This document shows, in pieces, positions 20,835 to 30,761 of a stretch of 64,000 nucleotides of DNA. This DNA comes from Polyangiales bacterium. Lineage in GTDB: Bacteria; Myxococcota_A; Polyangia; Polyangiales; JADJQN01. Both the position numbers and the translations under genes were made by a program. The notes beneath the pieces are model-generated. The model did not search any database. It had not been told where the DNA came from and saw only the letters and a program-made list of their open reading frames with translations. Where the stretch lies: NCBI GenBank assembly GCA_964202905.1, contig CAXNJO010000013.1:75839-139838 (forward strand). Direction: 5' to 3'. Position 1 is the first letter of the stretch, and the number at the start of each line of letters is the position of its first letter.

Positions 20835-21545
20835 ATGGCGGCACGCAAGCGAGCTTCGGCCCCAACGCTGGGCGACGCGATCGCGCAGGCGGCGCGCGCG
20901 GCGCACGAGGGCGACGTCGTCGTCGGCGATCGGGCCAAGCGGCTGCATCGCGTGACGCTTCGCCTCGGCCGCATCGTCGGCGTGCAGATCGCGGGGCGAT
21001 TCGACCCGCTGCTCGACCACCTGCGGCGCGCAGGCGCGCTCGACGAGGCCGGCTCGTACGCGGTGCTCGAGGCGCTCGCCCGCTCGGGGCGGCGCGTCGG
21101 CGAGCTCGCGGAGGAGGTCGCCGGGATCTCCCGCGAGGCCGTGCGCGCAGCGATCCACGCGCAGCTGCGCGGACGCCTCACGCAGCTGCTCGCGCTCGCC
21201 GCACGCGAGGGCAGCGCGCCGCGCCTCGAGGCCCGTGAGGTCGAGCCGAACGAGCGCCACGGCGAGCTCCCCTGGCGCGAGGCGCTGCACGGCGCGCCGC
21301 GCGCACGCGACCTCAACGACGCCGAGCGCCCCGCGCCCGTCCGCGCGCTGAAGGGGCGCGGCAGCGCCGAGGCGCTCGCCGAGCGCAGCGCGGTGCACGC
21401 GGTCGCGAGCCGCGAGGAGTTGAGGCGCCTCGCGCTGCAGTGTCACCCCGATCTCACGCGGCACCTCCCGCCTGCGGAGCAGGACGCGCGCGCCGCGCTC
21501 CTCGCCCGCGCGACGGCCGCATTTCACGGCCTTCGCCAGCCCTAA
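20835..21545 (+). CDS. Myxobacterial protein with a C-terminal J-domain-like segment
   Basis: LRRLALQCHPD near the C-terminus. Confidence 0.55.
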   Translation: MAARKRASAPTLGDAIAQAARAAHEGDVVVGDRAKRLHRVTLRLGRIVGVQIAGRFDPLLDHLRRAGALDEAGSYAVLEALARSGRRVGELAEEVAGISREAVRAAIHAQLRGRLTQLLALAAREGSAPRLEAREVEPNERHGELPWREALHGAPRARDLNDAERPAPVRALKGRGSAEALAERSAVHAVASREELRRLALQCHPDLTRHLPPAEQDARAALLARATAAFHGLRQP

Positions 21546-21620
21546 CCCACGCTTGCGCCCCCCGGGGGCAACGTGTATGCAGCGACCGCCCTCGGGCCCC
21601 ACACCCGGGCGCAGGGGATC

Positions 21621-22907
21621 ATGACACTGCTGCAGGCCGTCAAGGGGATGAACGATCTGCTGCCCGCGGAATTCGGCCGCTGGCAGCGCCTCGAGCGACG
21701 TTTCCGCGAGGTCACGGCGCGCTACGGCTACCGCGAGGTGCGCACGCCCATCGTCGAGCCGACGCAGCTCTTCGTGCGCTCGATCGGCGAGGCCACCGAC
21801 GTCGTCGAGAAGGAGATGTACACCTTCGTCGACAAGGGCGACGACTCGCTCACGTTGCGCCCCGAGGGCACCGCGGGCGCCGTGCGTGCGTACCTCGAGC
21901 ACGCGGTGTACGGACAGGAGCCCGTCACGAAGTGGATCTACGTCGGCCCGATGTACCGCCGCGAGCGCCCCGCGAAGGGCCGCTACCGGCAGTTTCATCA
22001 GGCCGGCGCCGAGCTCTACGGCGATGCGGGGCCGTACGTGGACGCCGAGATGATCGACATGCTCGCGACCTTCCTGCGCGAGGTGGGCGTGCTCGACGTC
22101 GAGGTGCTCGTGAACTCGCTCGGCGGCCCCGCGACGCGCGTGCGCTACCGCGAGGCGCTCGTCGCGCACTTCACGCCCCTGCGCGAGCAGCTCAGCGAGG
22201 AGAGCCGCCGCCGCCTCGAGACGAACCCGCTCCGCATCCTCGACAGCAAGGCCGAGGCCGACAAGGCCGCCTCGCTCGGGGCGCCGAGCCTCCTCGACTA
22301 CCTCGACGACGCCGACCGCGCGCACTTCGACGGGCTGCGGCGCACGCTCGATGCGCTCGGCACCGCGTACCGCGTCGAGCCGCGCCTCGTGCGCGGGCTG
22401 GACTACTACACGCGGACGCTCTTCGAGATCCAGGGGCGCGGCGGCGGGCTCGGCGCACAGAGCACCATCTGCGGCGGCGGCCGCTACGACAACCTCGTCC
22501 AGCAGCTCGGCGGGCCGGCGACGCCCGCCATCGGCTTCGCCTTCGGCATCGAGCGCGTGTTGCTCGCCGGGCAGGAGGAGCCGGAGGCCCCGCGCTGCGA
22601 CGTCCTCGTCGTCGCCGCCTCGCCCGCGGAGCTCGGCGAGGCCGTGCTCGCGGCGCGCGATCTGCGGGCGCGCGGGCTCGTGGTCGAGGCCGACCTCCGC
22701 GGCCAATCGCTGAAGAACCAGCTGCGCCGCGCCGACAAGCTCGGCGCGCGCCTCGCGGTGCTGATCGGCGGCGCCGAGTTCGAGCGCGGCGTCGTGCAGC
22801 TCAAGGACCTCGCTGCCCGCGCACAGCGCGAGGTGCCGCGCGGCGAGCTCGTCGCGAGCGTCCTCGCGCAGCTCGCCGCCCTCCCCCCGGCGGGCTTGCC
22901 CGGATGA
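21621..22907 (+). CDS. hisS: Histidyl-tRNA synthetase
   Basis: KGMND, EKEMY, LRPEGTA, RERP..GRYRQFHQ, LVRGLDYY and GGGRYD motifs. Confidence 0.98.
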   Translation: MTLLQAVKGMNDLLPAEFGRWQRLERRFREVTARYGYREVRTPIVEPTQLFVRSIGEATDVVEKEMYTFVDKGDDSLTLRPEGTAGAVRAYLEHAVYGQEPVTKWIYVGPMYRRERPAKGRYRQFHQAGAELYGDAGPYVDAEMIDMLATFLREVGVLDVEVLVNSLGGPATRVRYREALVAHFTPLREQLSEESRRRLETNPLRILDSKAEADKAASLGAPSLLDYLDDADRAHFDGLRRTLDALGTAYRVEPRLVRGLDYYTRTLFEIQGRGGGLGAQSTICGGGRYDNLVQQLGGPATPAIGFAFGIERVLLAGQEEPEAPRCDVLVVAASPAELGEAVLAARDLRARGLVVEADLRGQSLKNQLRRADKLGARLAVLIGGAEFERGVVQLKDLAARAQREVPRGELVASVLAQLAALPPAGLPG

Positions 22908-24757
22908 CCCGCGCCGCACGCCTCGCGATCGCGATCGCCCTCGTGTTCGCCACGATCGGCGCCACCCACACCGTCGCCGCGCAGGTCCGCGAGGTCGCGC
23001 CCACCGGGGCCTCGGACGAGGCGGCCGACGAGGACGCCGACGGCGAGGCAAACGCAACCGGTGATGCAGGTGCAACCGGTGATGCAGGTGCAACCGGTGA
23101 TGCAGATGCAACCGGTGATGCAGATGCAACCGGTGATGCAGATGCAACCGGTGATGCAGATGCAACCGGTGATGCAGATGCAACCGGTGATGCAGATGCA
23201 ACCGGTGATGCAGGTGCGAACGGTGACGAGGCGGGCGACCCCGCGGCCGCCGCCGAGGAGCCCGCCCCGGGGGACGTCGACGACGCGCCCCGCAGCGTGA
23301 CCGTCCCCTACACGTTGGGGCTCCCCGATCCGCGCGACACGTACCGCCTCGTGCTGCCGCCGCTGCTGATCGAGCGGCGCGGCGACGTGCGCACGATCGC
23401 CGTCTTCCCCTTCGTCTACGACCGCCGCACGCCCGACGACCACCAGCTGCTCGCGGGCCCGTACTACCGGCGCCGAGGACGCGAGGGCGCCGCGGACGTC
23501 GTCTTCCCGTTCTTCTGGTCGTTCCGCGGGGCGACGAGCGCCTCGTGGGCGGTGCCCCCCGTGTACTACCGCAGCGCCTCGGACGGCTTCGACTTCGGCG
23601 TCGCGCCGCTCGTGTTCACGGGGCGGAGCGGGCACAAGGTCTACACCGTCCTACCGCCGCTGCTCACGGTCTCGTTCGCGGACGCCGAGCACGCGCACAC
23701 GTTCGCCGGTCCGTTCTGGCGCATCCGGTCGGGGGAGGACGTCGACTGGGGCATCTTCCCGCTCGCGTGGTTCTTCGACAGCGCCGCGCGGACGACCAGC
23801 CTCGTGCCGCCCTTCTTCTTCCGCGTCGAGGACCACGAGGCGGGCAGCGCGCTCACGGTCGTGCCGCCGGTCTACCACCACAGCACCGCGGACTCCGAGT
23901 ACTGGGGCGTCGCGGGGCTCCTGCACCACCACCACGACGCGGACGGGAGCGCGCTCACGATCCCGCCGCTCGCGTTCCACTACGCGCGCGAGACGGACGG
24001 CGACGTGCGCCTGATCACGCCGCTCGGCGGCTACTCGGACGTCGACGGCCAGCAGACGCTCGTCACGCCCGTCTACCAACGGCATCGCGGCGAGACGTGG
24101 TTCGACTCCGTCGCGCCCCTCTTCTTCGCGTGGGGCGACGAGCGCCAGCAGAGTTTCAACCTGCTCATCCCGCCCCTCGTGTTTCACCGTCGCACGCCCG
24201 GCTCCACCGCAACGGCCGTCCTGCCCTTCTACGCGCACATCGGGGAGCGCGGGCGCTTCGACACCTGGCTGACGCCCGTCTTCGGGCACTGGCGGAGCCA
24301 CACGCGCGACGCGTCCAACACCTGGATCTTCCCCACGATCCAGTTCGGACACGACGAGGTCTCGTCGACATTCAACATCCACCCGCTCGTGTACTCGCGG
24401 CGCGGCCGCAGCGGGCGACACCTCGTGATCGCGCCGCTCTACTGGGACTTCGAGGACGCGAACGCGGGCACCCGCGCGACCGTCGGGTTTCCGCTCTACT
24501 GGCGCTTTCGCACCAAGAACAGCGTCAGCCAGGTGGCGCTCAACACGTACTGGCACGAGCGCCGCGAGCGCGGCGTGCGCGCCTGGGAGTTCCACTTCTT
24601 CCCGCTGTTCGCGTTCGGCTCCAGCGCGCCCGGGGATCACTGGTGGAACGTGCTCTACGGGCTCGTCGGCTACGCGCGCACGGGAAGCTACGCCCGCGCG
24701 CAGGTGTTGTGGGCGCCCTTCCAGGTGGACGGACCGGCAGTCGCCCCCGCCCGCTGA
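22904..24757 (+). CDS. Secreted/outer-membrane hypothetical protein with aromatic-Pro repeats
   Basis: Signal peptide, acidic linker, repeated xFPxxW/PPxY beta segments; ATGA overlap with hisS. Confidence 0.75.
   Translation: MTRAARLAIAIALVFATIGATHTVAAQVREVAPTGASDEAADEDADGEANATGDAGATGDAGATGDADATGDADATGDADATGDADATGDADATGDADATGDAGANGDEAGDPAAAAEEPAPGDVDDAPRSVTVPYTLGLPDPRDTYRLVLPPLLIERRGDVRTIAVFPFVYDRRTPDDHQLLAGPYYRRRGREGAADVVFPFFWSFRGATSASWAVPPVYYRSASDGFDFGVAPLVFTGRSGHKVYTVLPPLLTVSFADAEHAHTFAGPFWRIRSGEDVDWGIFPLAWFFDSAARTTSLVPPFFFRVEDHEAGSALTVVPPVYHHSTADSEYWGVAGLLHHHHDADGSALTIPPLAFHYARETDGDVRLITPLGGYSDVDGQQTLVTPVYQRHRGETWFDSVAPLFFAWGDERQQSFNLLIPPLVFHRRTPGSTATAVLPFYAHIGERGRFDTWLTPVFGHWRSHTRDASNTWIFPTIQFGHDEVSSTFNIHPLVYSRRGRSGRHLVIAPLYWDFEDANAGTRATVGFPLYWRFRTKNSVSQVALNTYWHERRERGVRAWEFHFFPLFAFGSSAPGDHWWNVLYGLVGYARTGSYARAQVLWAPFQVDGPAVAPAR
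23054..23215 (+). repeat. 18-bp tandem repeat x9 (gcaaccggtgatgcag[a/g]t, ATGDA[D/G])
   Basis: Seen directly in the sequence. Confidence 0.95.
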
Positions 24758-24820
24758 CGCGCGGAGGTGCACGGCGCACGGGCCGCGGGCGCGTGGCGCG
24801 ACGGCGGAACGCGACGCCTA
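24334..24820 (+). repeat. Left copy of the 487-bp direct repeat bracketing the island
   Basis: Aligns with 51265-51751 at a constant offset of 26931. Confidence 0.92.
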
Positions 24821-24866
24821 ATCGGCGCGGCGTAGCATGGGCCGCGCAGCGCCGTCGCCTGCGGCG

Positions 24867-26579
24867 TTAGCCTCGGCGCGTCCTCCGTCGCAACAGCACG
24901 CCGAGCAGCAGCGCCAGCGCCGCGAACGCGCTGTTCGGCGTAGTATCGCGCGCGCCCGGCACCGCGCAGCCGCAACCGTCGTCGCGCTCCGGCATGGGCA
25001 TGGCCGCGCCCGCATCCGCGCTCCCCGCATCGATGTCGGGCAGTCCCGCATCGCCGGGAACACCCGCGTCCATCGGCTCCACGCACGTCGTCGGCCCCGC
25101 GGCAGCCGACACGCGCCGCTCCGTCCAGCCCTTCGGCTGGAAATACGCGGGATCGTCCGGCGCGCTCTCGTCGTACCCGATCTGCGCGACCGCGAGCACC
25201 TGCACGTCCGTGCCCGCGTCGAGCGTCACGCACGCCTCGAGCGTCGCGCCCGTGCCCCGCGCGACCTCGACGCCATCGACGAAGAGCGCGAGCGCGCTGA
25301 GCGCACGCCCGTCCGGATCCGTCGCGCGCACCGTCACGCGCCGGGCGCCCGCGATCGTGTCGCCGGCCTCGAGCCCCTCGATCGTGACCACCGGGCGCGT
25401 GGCGTAGGGCGCCGTGATCGGATCGCCGAGCACGAGATTCTTCCAATACGTGAAGGGAAGTCGCCGGAAATACGCCTCTGCGAGCGTCGATCCCTCCGCG
25501 TAGTCGGTCACGAAATACCGCGAAGGAAAGCAGTTGCTGAGCGGTTCCTCGACGGTGCCGTGCACGCCCGCGACGCCCTGCGCGACCCAGCGCGCGATCG
25601 ACACCTGCGTCTCGCCCATCGGCTCGAAGTTCAGAGGCACCGCGCCGTAGCTCGTGAGGTTGTCGACGATCGCGCCGGGCACGAAGGTGTTGCCCTCGAT
25701 CGTGCGCCCGATGGCCGCCGTGCCCGTGATGAAGGCCGCGAGCGTCAGCCCCTCGATATTCGCGTCGAAGGGCACGCGCGCTGTGTCGCTCACGCCGACG
25801 GTGCCGAGCCGCCGGATCACCCCGTCATACTCGCGATCGAGCGAGCCGCGCGCGGGATCCGCGCCGTTCATGAAGAGGAAGCGCCCGCCCCCCGTGCGGC
25901 CCGCGCGATCGCCCTCGAGCCCGCTCGTCACGAGCCGCATCGCGTCCGCGTCGCTGCGCCCGTGCAGCATCGTCACGAGCAGCGGCCGCCAGCGCACGCC
26001 GAGCAGCGTCTCGTCGAAGCCCGCCGCAAACACGCGCCGCCGCTCGACGGGATTGCTCCAGCGCGCTGCACGACACGGCGTGCCTCCGCAATCGGCCACC
26101 CGTCCGGGCGGTTGACCGAGCAGCGGCGCGCCCTCGAACTCGGAACGCCAGACCGAGAGCGCAGCGGCGAGCGAGATCGGCTCGTCGACGCCGTCGCCCG
26201 GCACGATCACGCGGAGCGGCACGCCGCGCGTGAGCACGACGGCCTCGATCCGCTCGAGGACGCCCGCGCGCGTCAGGCACTCCGCGAGCGGTGCCTCGAC
26301 CATCGCGCGGTATTCCGCGAGCGAGAGATCGATCTGCACGGGCAGCGCGAGCCGGCAGATCTGCCGCTCGGGAATCGCGCGACCCCGCGCATACGCCTCC
26401 GCGAGCGCCACGCTGCCAGGAACGTTCGCATTCGCGACGACGGCCACCGAGTCGGGCCCGGGTACCGCGCGCGCGGCCGTCGGACCGTGCAACGCCGCGA
26501 CCGTGAGCGCGGCGACGACGAGGCGCGAGACGCGGCGAGTCCCCGCCGAGGCGGAGGTGGAGTGTGCGGCAGACGACAT
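24867..26579 (-). CDS. TIGR03790-like protein with an Ig-like domain and MYXO-CTERM sorting signal
   Basis: VVANAN...SVALAEAYA..R.IP, GAIVDNLTSYG, GTVEEP and GDP motifs; C-terminal DDGCGCAVPG-TM-RRRTRR. Confidence 0.8.
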   Translation of the reverse strand: MSSAAHSTSASAGTRRVSRLVVAALTVAALHGPTAARAVPGPDSVAVVANANVPGSVALAEAYARGRAIPERQICRLALPVQIDLSLAEYRAMVEAPLAECLTRAGVLERIEAVVLTRGVPLRVIVPGDGVDEPISLAAALSVWRSEFEGAPLLGQPPGRVADCGGTPCRAARWSNPVERRRVFAAGFDETLLGVRWRPLLVTMLHGRSDADAMRLVTSGLEGDRAGRTGGGRFLFMNGADPARGSLDREYDGVIRRLGTVGVSDTARVPFDANIEGLTLAAFITGTAAIGRTIEGNTFVPGAIVDNLTSYGAVPLNFEPMGETQVSIARWVAQGVAGVHGTVEEPLSNCFPSRYFVTDYAEGSTLAEAYFRRLPFTYWKNLVLGDPITAPYATRPVVTIEGLEAGDTIAGARRVTVRATDPDGRALSALALFVDGVEVARGTGATLEACVTLDAGTDVQVLAVAQIGYDESAPDDPAYFQPKGWTERRVSAAAGPTTCVEPMDAGVPGDAGLPDIDAGSADAGAAMPMPERDDGCGCAVPGARDTTPNSAFAALALLLGVLLRRRTRRG

Positions 26580-26703
26580 GCGTCCGAACCTATCAAACAG
26601 CCAGGCGGCTGGCTGTCTGCGTCGCGCATCGCCCAAAAAAGCGAGAGGCCCGGGGCATCGCTGCGCCGGGCCTCGCGGTATCGATCAATCCGGCGCGCAG
26701 GCT

Positions 26704-26916
26704 TCAGATGCAGTCGGGGTGGTATCGGCCGAGGTCGCGGATGACCTCGGGGTCCTCACGGAAGAGCTCGGACCAGCGGACCCAGATGTCGGGGATCGCG
26801 AAGTCGCGGAGGTTGGCGATGGCCGCCGGAGCGTCGTCGTTCAGGTCGACGCGCGAGCCGACGACGTCACGCTCGACGACCTCGCGGGGCTGCACAGGCT
26901 CCGTCGGCGTCGTCGT
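26704..26916 (-). pseudogene. 3' fragment of an unknown gene cut at origin module A
   Basis: Open frame runs up to the GAG boundary at 26917. Confidence 0.4.
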
Positions 26917-28345
26917 GAGGGTAACCGATCCAAGCCACCTTTGCTGAAACGGCGTTTGCTCCGGGGTTTGCGAGTCGGCGAGGCAGAGAAGGTCGCGCTG
27001 TTCGCGCCGGAGCTGCTGGGGGCAGAACTGGGCGTTTTCCCGCGCGAAAGACAGAGCGGTGCAGCAGGACGCGCCGAGGAGCGGTCCGTGGAGTCAACGA
27101 GGGGTGTGCGGCTGCGGTGGGCTACGCGGCGTAGTCGTCGGCGGGGTCTCGGGCCTTGGCGAGCGGCGGCGCCTCGGCGGGTCTGCCGAGGTGACGTAGG
27201 AAGCGCCGGACTTGAACTTGGTCGCGGAGCACAGCCATGAGGCGCAGGCGACCGTGGCACTTGGGGCAGTCGAGCACGTCGATATCGTGGCTGCGGCGGA
27301 GCAGGTGGGCCCAGCTCGCGGTGGGTCGGGTCATCAGGAGGGCGCCGTCGAGGAGCCTGCGGAGGTGCTCGTCGGTGAGGATGTACGGTGAGCAGAGCGC
27401 GGAGGGTGGAGGCTCGTCCGGCGCCGCGGTGTCGGCGGCGTAGAGCAGGTCGATGTCGCGGACATCATCGTCGCTCGGCGCGATGTACGCAGCGGGTGCG
27501 ATGCCGCCGATGTCGTGCTCGTGATGCGCGCAGCCTGGCGATGGCTCTCCGTCGCGCTCACCGCACTCAGGCTCGTTCGGTACGCGCGCGGTGATGCGTA
27601 CGAGCTTCGCGCGGAGCCGACGAGGCTTGGGCACCACGAGCCTTCGCCACGAGTAGCCGGGGGCGAAGACTCCGTGATAGCGGAGCAGCGGATGGCGCGG
27701 ACTCGGCACCAGCGCAGCGATGCGCGCCATGAGCTCGGAGCCCGTCATCACGCGATGGGTCCGAGCGCCGCGGCCGTACTTGGTGCGGTAGCTGTAGCGG
27801 CCGTCGGCGAGCTTCTCGAGGCGCTCGAGCGCGATCGCTGGCCTCGCGCAGTAGCGAATCAAACGCTCGCGACCGATATCGTCGCCGGCTGCGATGAACA
27901 CGCGCGCGTCCAAGTCGAAGCCGTCCTCGGTGCAGAAGTGCTTGGAGTGGATGGCCTTGCGCTCGAAGCGCCGCTCGCCCTCGGTGCTCTGCGACTGCGA
28001 CTCCGACTCCGAGGGCAGAGCGACGAGCTGCCCGTATTTCAGCGCGAGCTGCTGGCAGCTTCGTAGGCTGTCGAGCGCGTCGTCTTGCTCGGGCGACGGC
28101 TCACGCTCGCCCAGATATCCGTGACGGCGCAGCCAGCGAAGGATGCTCTTGCGCGCGCGCAGCACGACGCGCTCGACCTCTGCGCGCGTCGGTGGCGGGA
28201 GCGGGATGAAGCGAACGCCTCGTTCGGCGGGGACGAACACCCCGTCTGTCGCGACGACGTGTGGGTGCACGTTGAGGTTGAGCGAGCCGCCGAAATTCTG
28301 CACGAACGTGAGCGCTCCCGGCTCGCTGCCGGGCACGCCGCTGCG
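26917..28345 (-). mobile_element. IS91/ISCR-like module A (oriIS plus the longest transposase fragment)
   Basis: Starts GAGGGTAACCGATCC; right end approximate, at the junction with a recombinase fragment. Confidence 0.88.
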
Positions 28346-28351
28346 ATGCAC
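27122..28351 (-). pseudogene. IS91-family HUH transposase lacking its N-terminal region
   Basis: TFVQNFGGSLNLNVHPHVVATDGVF (HUH), ERLIRYCARP (Tyr), LRYHGVFAP, and the ISCR-type C-terminus WAHLLRR..DIDVL.CPKC.GRLR. Confidence 0.88.
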
Positions 28352-29491
28352 GAGGCTCGTACCCGATCGGCGAGCGCTTCGACGACGAGGGCTACAGCGG
28401 CGCGACCATCGAACGCCCCAGCCTGGAGAGGCTCATCGCGCGCATCCAGGACGGCGACATCCAGCGCGTCATCGTCTACCGGCTCGATCGCCTCACGCGG
28501 AAGCTCACCGACTGGGCGTTGCTCGTGCGGGTGTTCGAGCGGTTCAACGTCGGCCTCACGGTCGTGCACGGCGCCATCGACGCCGAGGCCGGCTCCCTCG
28601 CGCGGCTGCAGCTCAACCTGCTCGCGACCTTCGCCGAGCTGGAGCGCGACATGATCGGCGAGCGTCTGGCCGACGCCCGCGCCACGAAGAAGGCCCGCGG
28701 AGAACGCGCCGCAGGTCGCGTGCCTCTTGGCTACGCCGCGGATCCGAAGACGAAGCAGCTCGTCATCGTCGAGTCGGAGGCGACCGTCGTGCGCTGGTTC
28801 TTCACGGAGGCCGGGAGCGGCAAGTCGACCGCCGAGCTTGTCGCGCGAGCGAACGCTCTCCGGCTCATCGCGAAGAACGGCAAGCGGGGCGAGTGGTCAG
28901 CGCGCTCCGTTCTGCGCCTCCTGCAGAACCCCGTGTACGCCGGTCGTCGCCCCGATGGCGCGGCCGCAGTGCACACCGCGCTCTTGCCTGTGGTCCTCTA
29001 CGAGCGCGTGCAGGCAGCGATCGTCGCACGCAAGACGAGAGCCACCACGACGCGATCGAAGGTCGACGAGCGCGACGATCCTTTCCTCCTTCGCGGCCTG
29101 CTGGTCTGCGAAGGGTGCGGCCGCACGATGACGACCTCGATGAGCACCGCGCTCACCAAGAAGACCGCCCCGAAAGCGCCGCGCTACTACCGAGGCCGCA
29201 CCGACGGCTGCGACGGCGGTCAGATCGCGGCCAGCGCTGTCGAAGGCATGGTCCTCGATGCGCTTCGCCGGCCCCAGTGGAACTGGCCCGACTCGGCAAA
29301 GGAGCGACTCGGCAAAGGAGCGACTCGCGCTGCTCGCCTCGACGTGGGACGTGCTCTGGCCGCAGAACCGGCGCCGCGCGCTCGCCGACGTGTTCGAGAC
29401 GATGACGTGGCGTTCGCGAACGAACCGGCTGCTGGTGCGACTCCGCGTGGCGGCGAGCCACCCCGGCACGGACGAGACCGCCACCGGCTGA
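28346..29491 (+). pseudogene. Large serine recombinase, 5'-truncated and frameshifted
   Basis: ERFDDEGYSGATIERP, VIVYRLDRLTR, FAELERDMIGER, PLGY, LLQNPVYAG and LLRGLLVCEGCG motifs; a 16-bp tandem duplication at 29289-29320 shifts the frame. Confidence 0.85.
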
Positions 29492-29626
29492 GGCTCCGGC
29501 ACCGCGCCGGCGTAGGCCGCAAGGGCCCTGGCGCTCGGGAAGCGGGCGCGCGGTCGATCGCGCGCAGGCCGTTGCCGGGCTCCTGGACGCGCCGTCACAG
29601 CGTCGCGCGTTGACCGCGCACGGATC

Positions 29627-30106
29627 TCAGCCGTGGCTGAACCCATAGACGGCGAGCAGGCCGTAGGCCACAGCCATGAAGGCGCCTGCGAAGCGCAGCA
29701 CGCCCAGCGTCGTGCGAACCTGTGACGGAAGGTGCTGCTGCTGGCAGAACTCGGCGCGGCCCGCGTGGCTCAAGGTGTGATTGAGGGCCACGAAGATCGC
29801 GTGCGCTGCGACGCCGCCCGAGAGCACCGACAGCAGCTTCAGGTTACCCGCACTGAAATAGGTCATCGAGCCCACCAGCACCGCGATACCCAGGCCGAAG
29901 CTCGCCTCCATGCGGTGAAAGATCATGCCAATGCTCGTCCAGCGGAGCGTGTCCTCCGACGGAGAGTTCGCGAGGACGGCCCGCAGCGGATAGCGGAAGA
30001 GAAAGCGGAGCGCCCAGTCGTTGAAGGAAAAGAACGCGCCGAACATCACGAGGTAGTTCAGCGCGAAGAAGTACAAGGCATAGGTGAGGACGGTCTCGAA
30101 CGGCAT
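29627..30106 (-). CDS. Hypothetical membrane protein
   Basis: About four hydrophobic segments. Confidence 0.6.
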   Translation of the reverse strand: MPFETVLTYALYFFALNYLVMFGAFFSFNDWALRFLFRYPLRAVLANSPSEDTLRWTSIGMIFHRMEASFGLGIAVLVGSMTYFSAGNLKLLSVLSGGVAAHAIFVALNHTLSHAGRAEFCQQQHLPSQVRTTLGVLRFAGAFMAVAYGLLAVYGFSHG

Positions 30107-30186
30107 GGGTCGTGGCTCCTGGTCTCTTACGTCGCGCGGTGGTTGAGGTGTGCGGTCGCGTGGTCGTGGGGCCTCGGAGGGCGCGC

Positions 30187-30651
30187 TCAGCTCGCAGCGG
30201 TCTTCGGCCCGCGCACGACGCGCTCCTCGAGTCCCCGAAGGACGATGAGGAACAGTCCGCCCATCATCCGGGACATCATCGTCTTGCCCATCAACCAGCC
30301 GATGGGCCCGAACTTCACCTCGAAGTCCATGCTCATCTTCGCGCACGACCGCCCCGCATCGACGGGCTCCTTGCTGAGAGTGGCGATGGCCTTGTTGAGG
30401 GGAAGCGAGAACTCCGAGAGCTCGGTCCGGTAGAATCGACCGTCTTGCCAGTCGATGACCTTCTCGACCATCGAGGTTCCGTCCTGGAGGTGGCAACGCC
30501 TGCACGCGCCGACGCCCGCGGTGGCGTCGCTGAGCACGCCCATCTTGCTGCCGCGGGGATGGAAGTCGTCGATGTGCATGAAGCGCCCGAGGACTGCCCA
30601 GACCCGGTCAGCGGACGCCTCGATGTCGATGCTGCGTTCGGTCGTGATCAC
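30187..30651 (-). CDS. SRPBCC (polyketide cyclase/dehydrase) family protein
   Basis: RSIDIEASADRVWAVLGRF...GVGA.RRC...E.VIDW. Confidence 0.85.
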   Translation of the reverse strand: MITTERSIDIEASADRVWAVLGRFMHIDDFHPRGSKMGVLSDATAGVGACRRCHLQDGTSMVEKVIDWQDGRFYRTELSEFSLPLNKAIATLSKEPVDAGRSCAKMSMDFEVKFGPIGWLMGKTMMSRMMGGLFLIVLRGLEERVVRGPKTAAS

Positions 30652-30675
30652 GTGGACGTGTCCATGGTTGCCGCG

Positions 30676-30697
30676 AATCTAACCGATCAGTTAGATT
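30676..30697. promoter_or_regulatory. Palindromic operator, likely bound by the divergent TetR
   Basis: aatctaac-cgatca-gttagatt between divergent SRPBCC and TetR genes. Confidence 0.7.
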
Positions 30698-30761
30698 GGC
30701 GTCAAGCGGGCCGACATCGACGTCGGGCGTGTAAGGTCCAGTCAGGAACGAGAGGAACCGC

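Noticed and set aside
23054..23215. 18-bp repeats as a CRISPR array, or the His-rich antisense ORF (HLHHRL)n
   Set aside because: No spacers; it is an in-frame coding repeat and the antisense ORF is a shadow
30680..30688. taaccgatc match to the origin sequence
   Set aside because: Only 9 bp, lacks GAGGG, and is explained by the TetR operator palindrome
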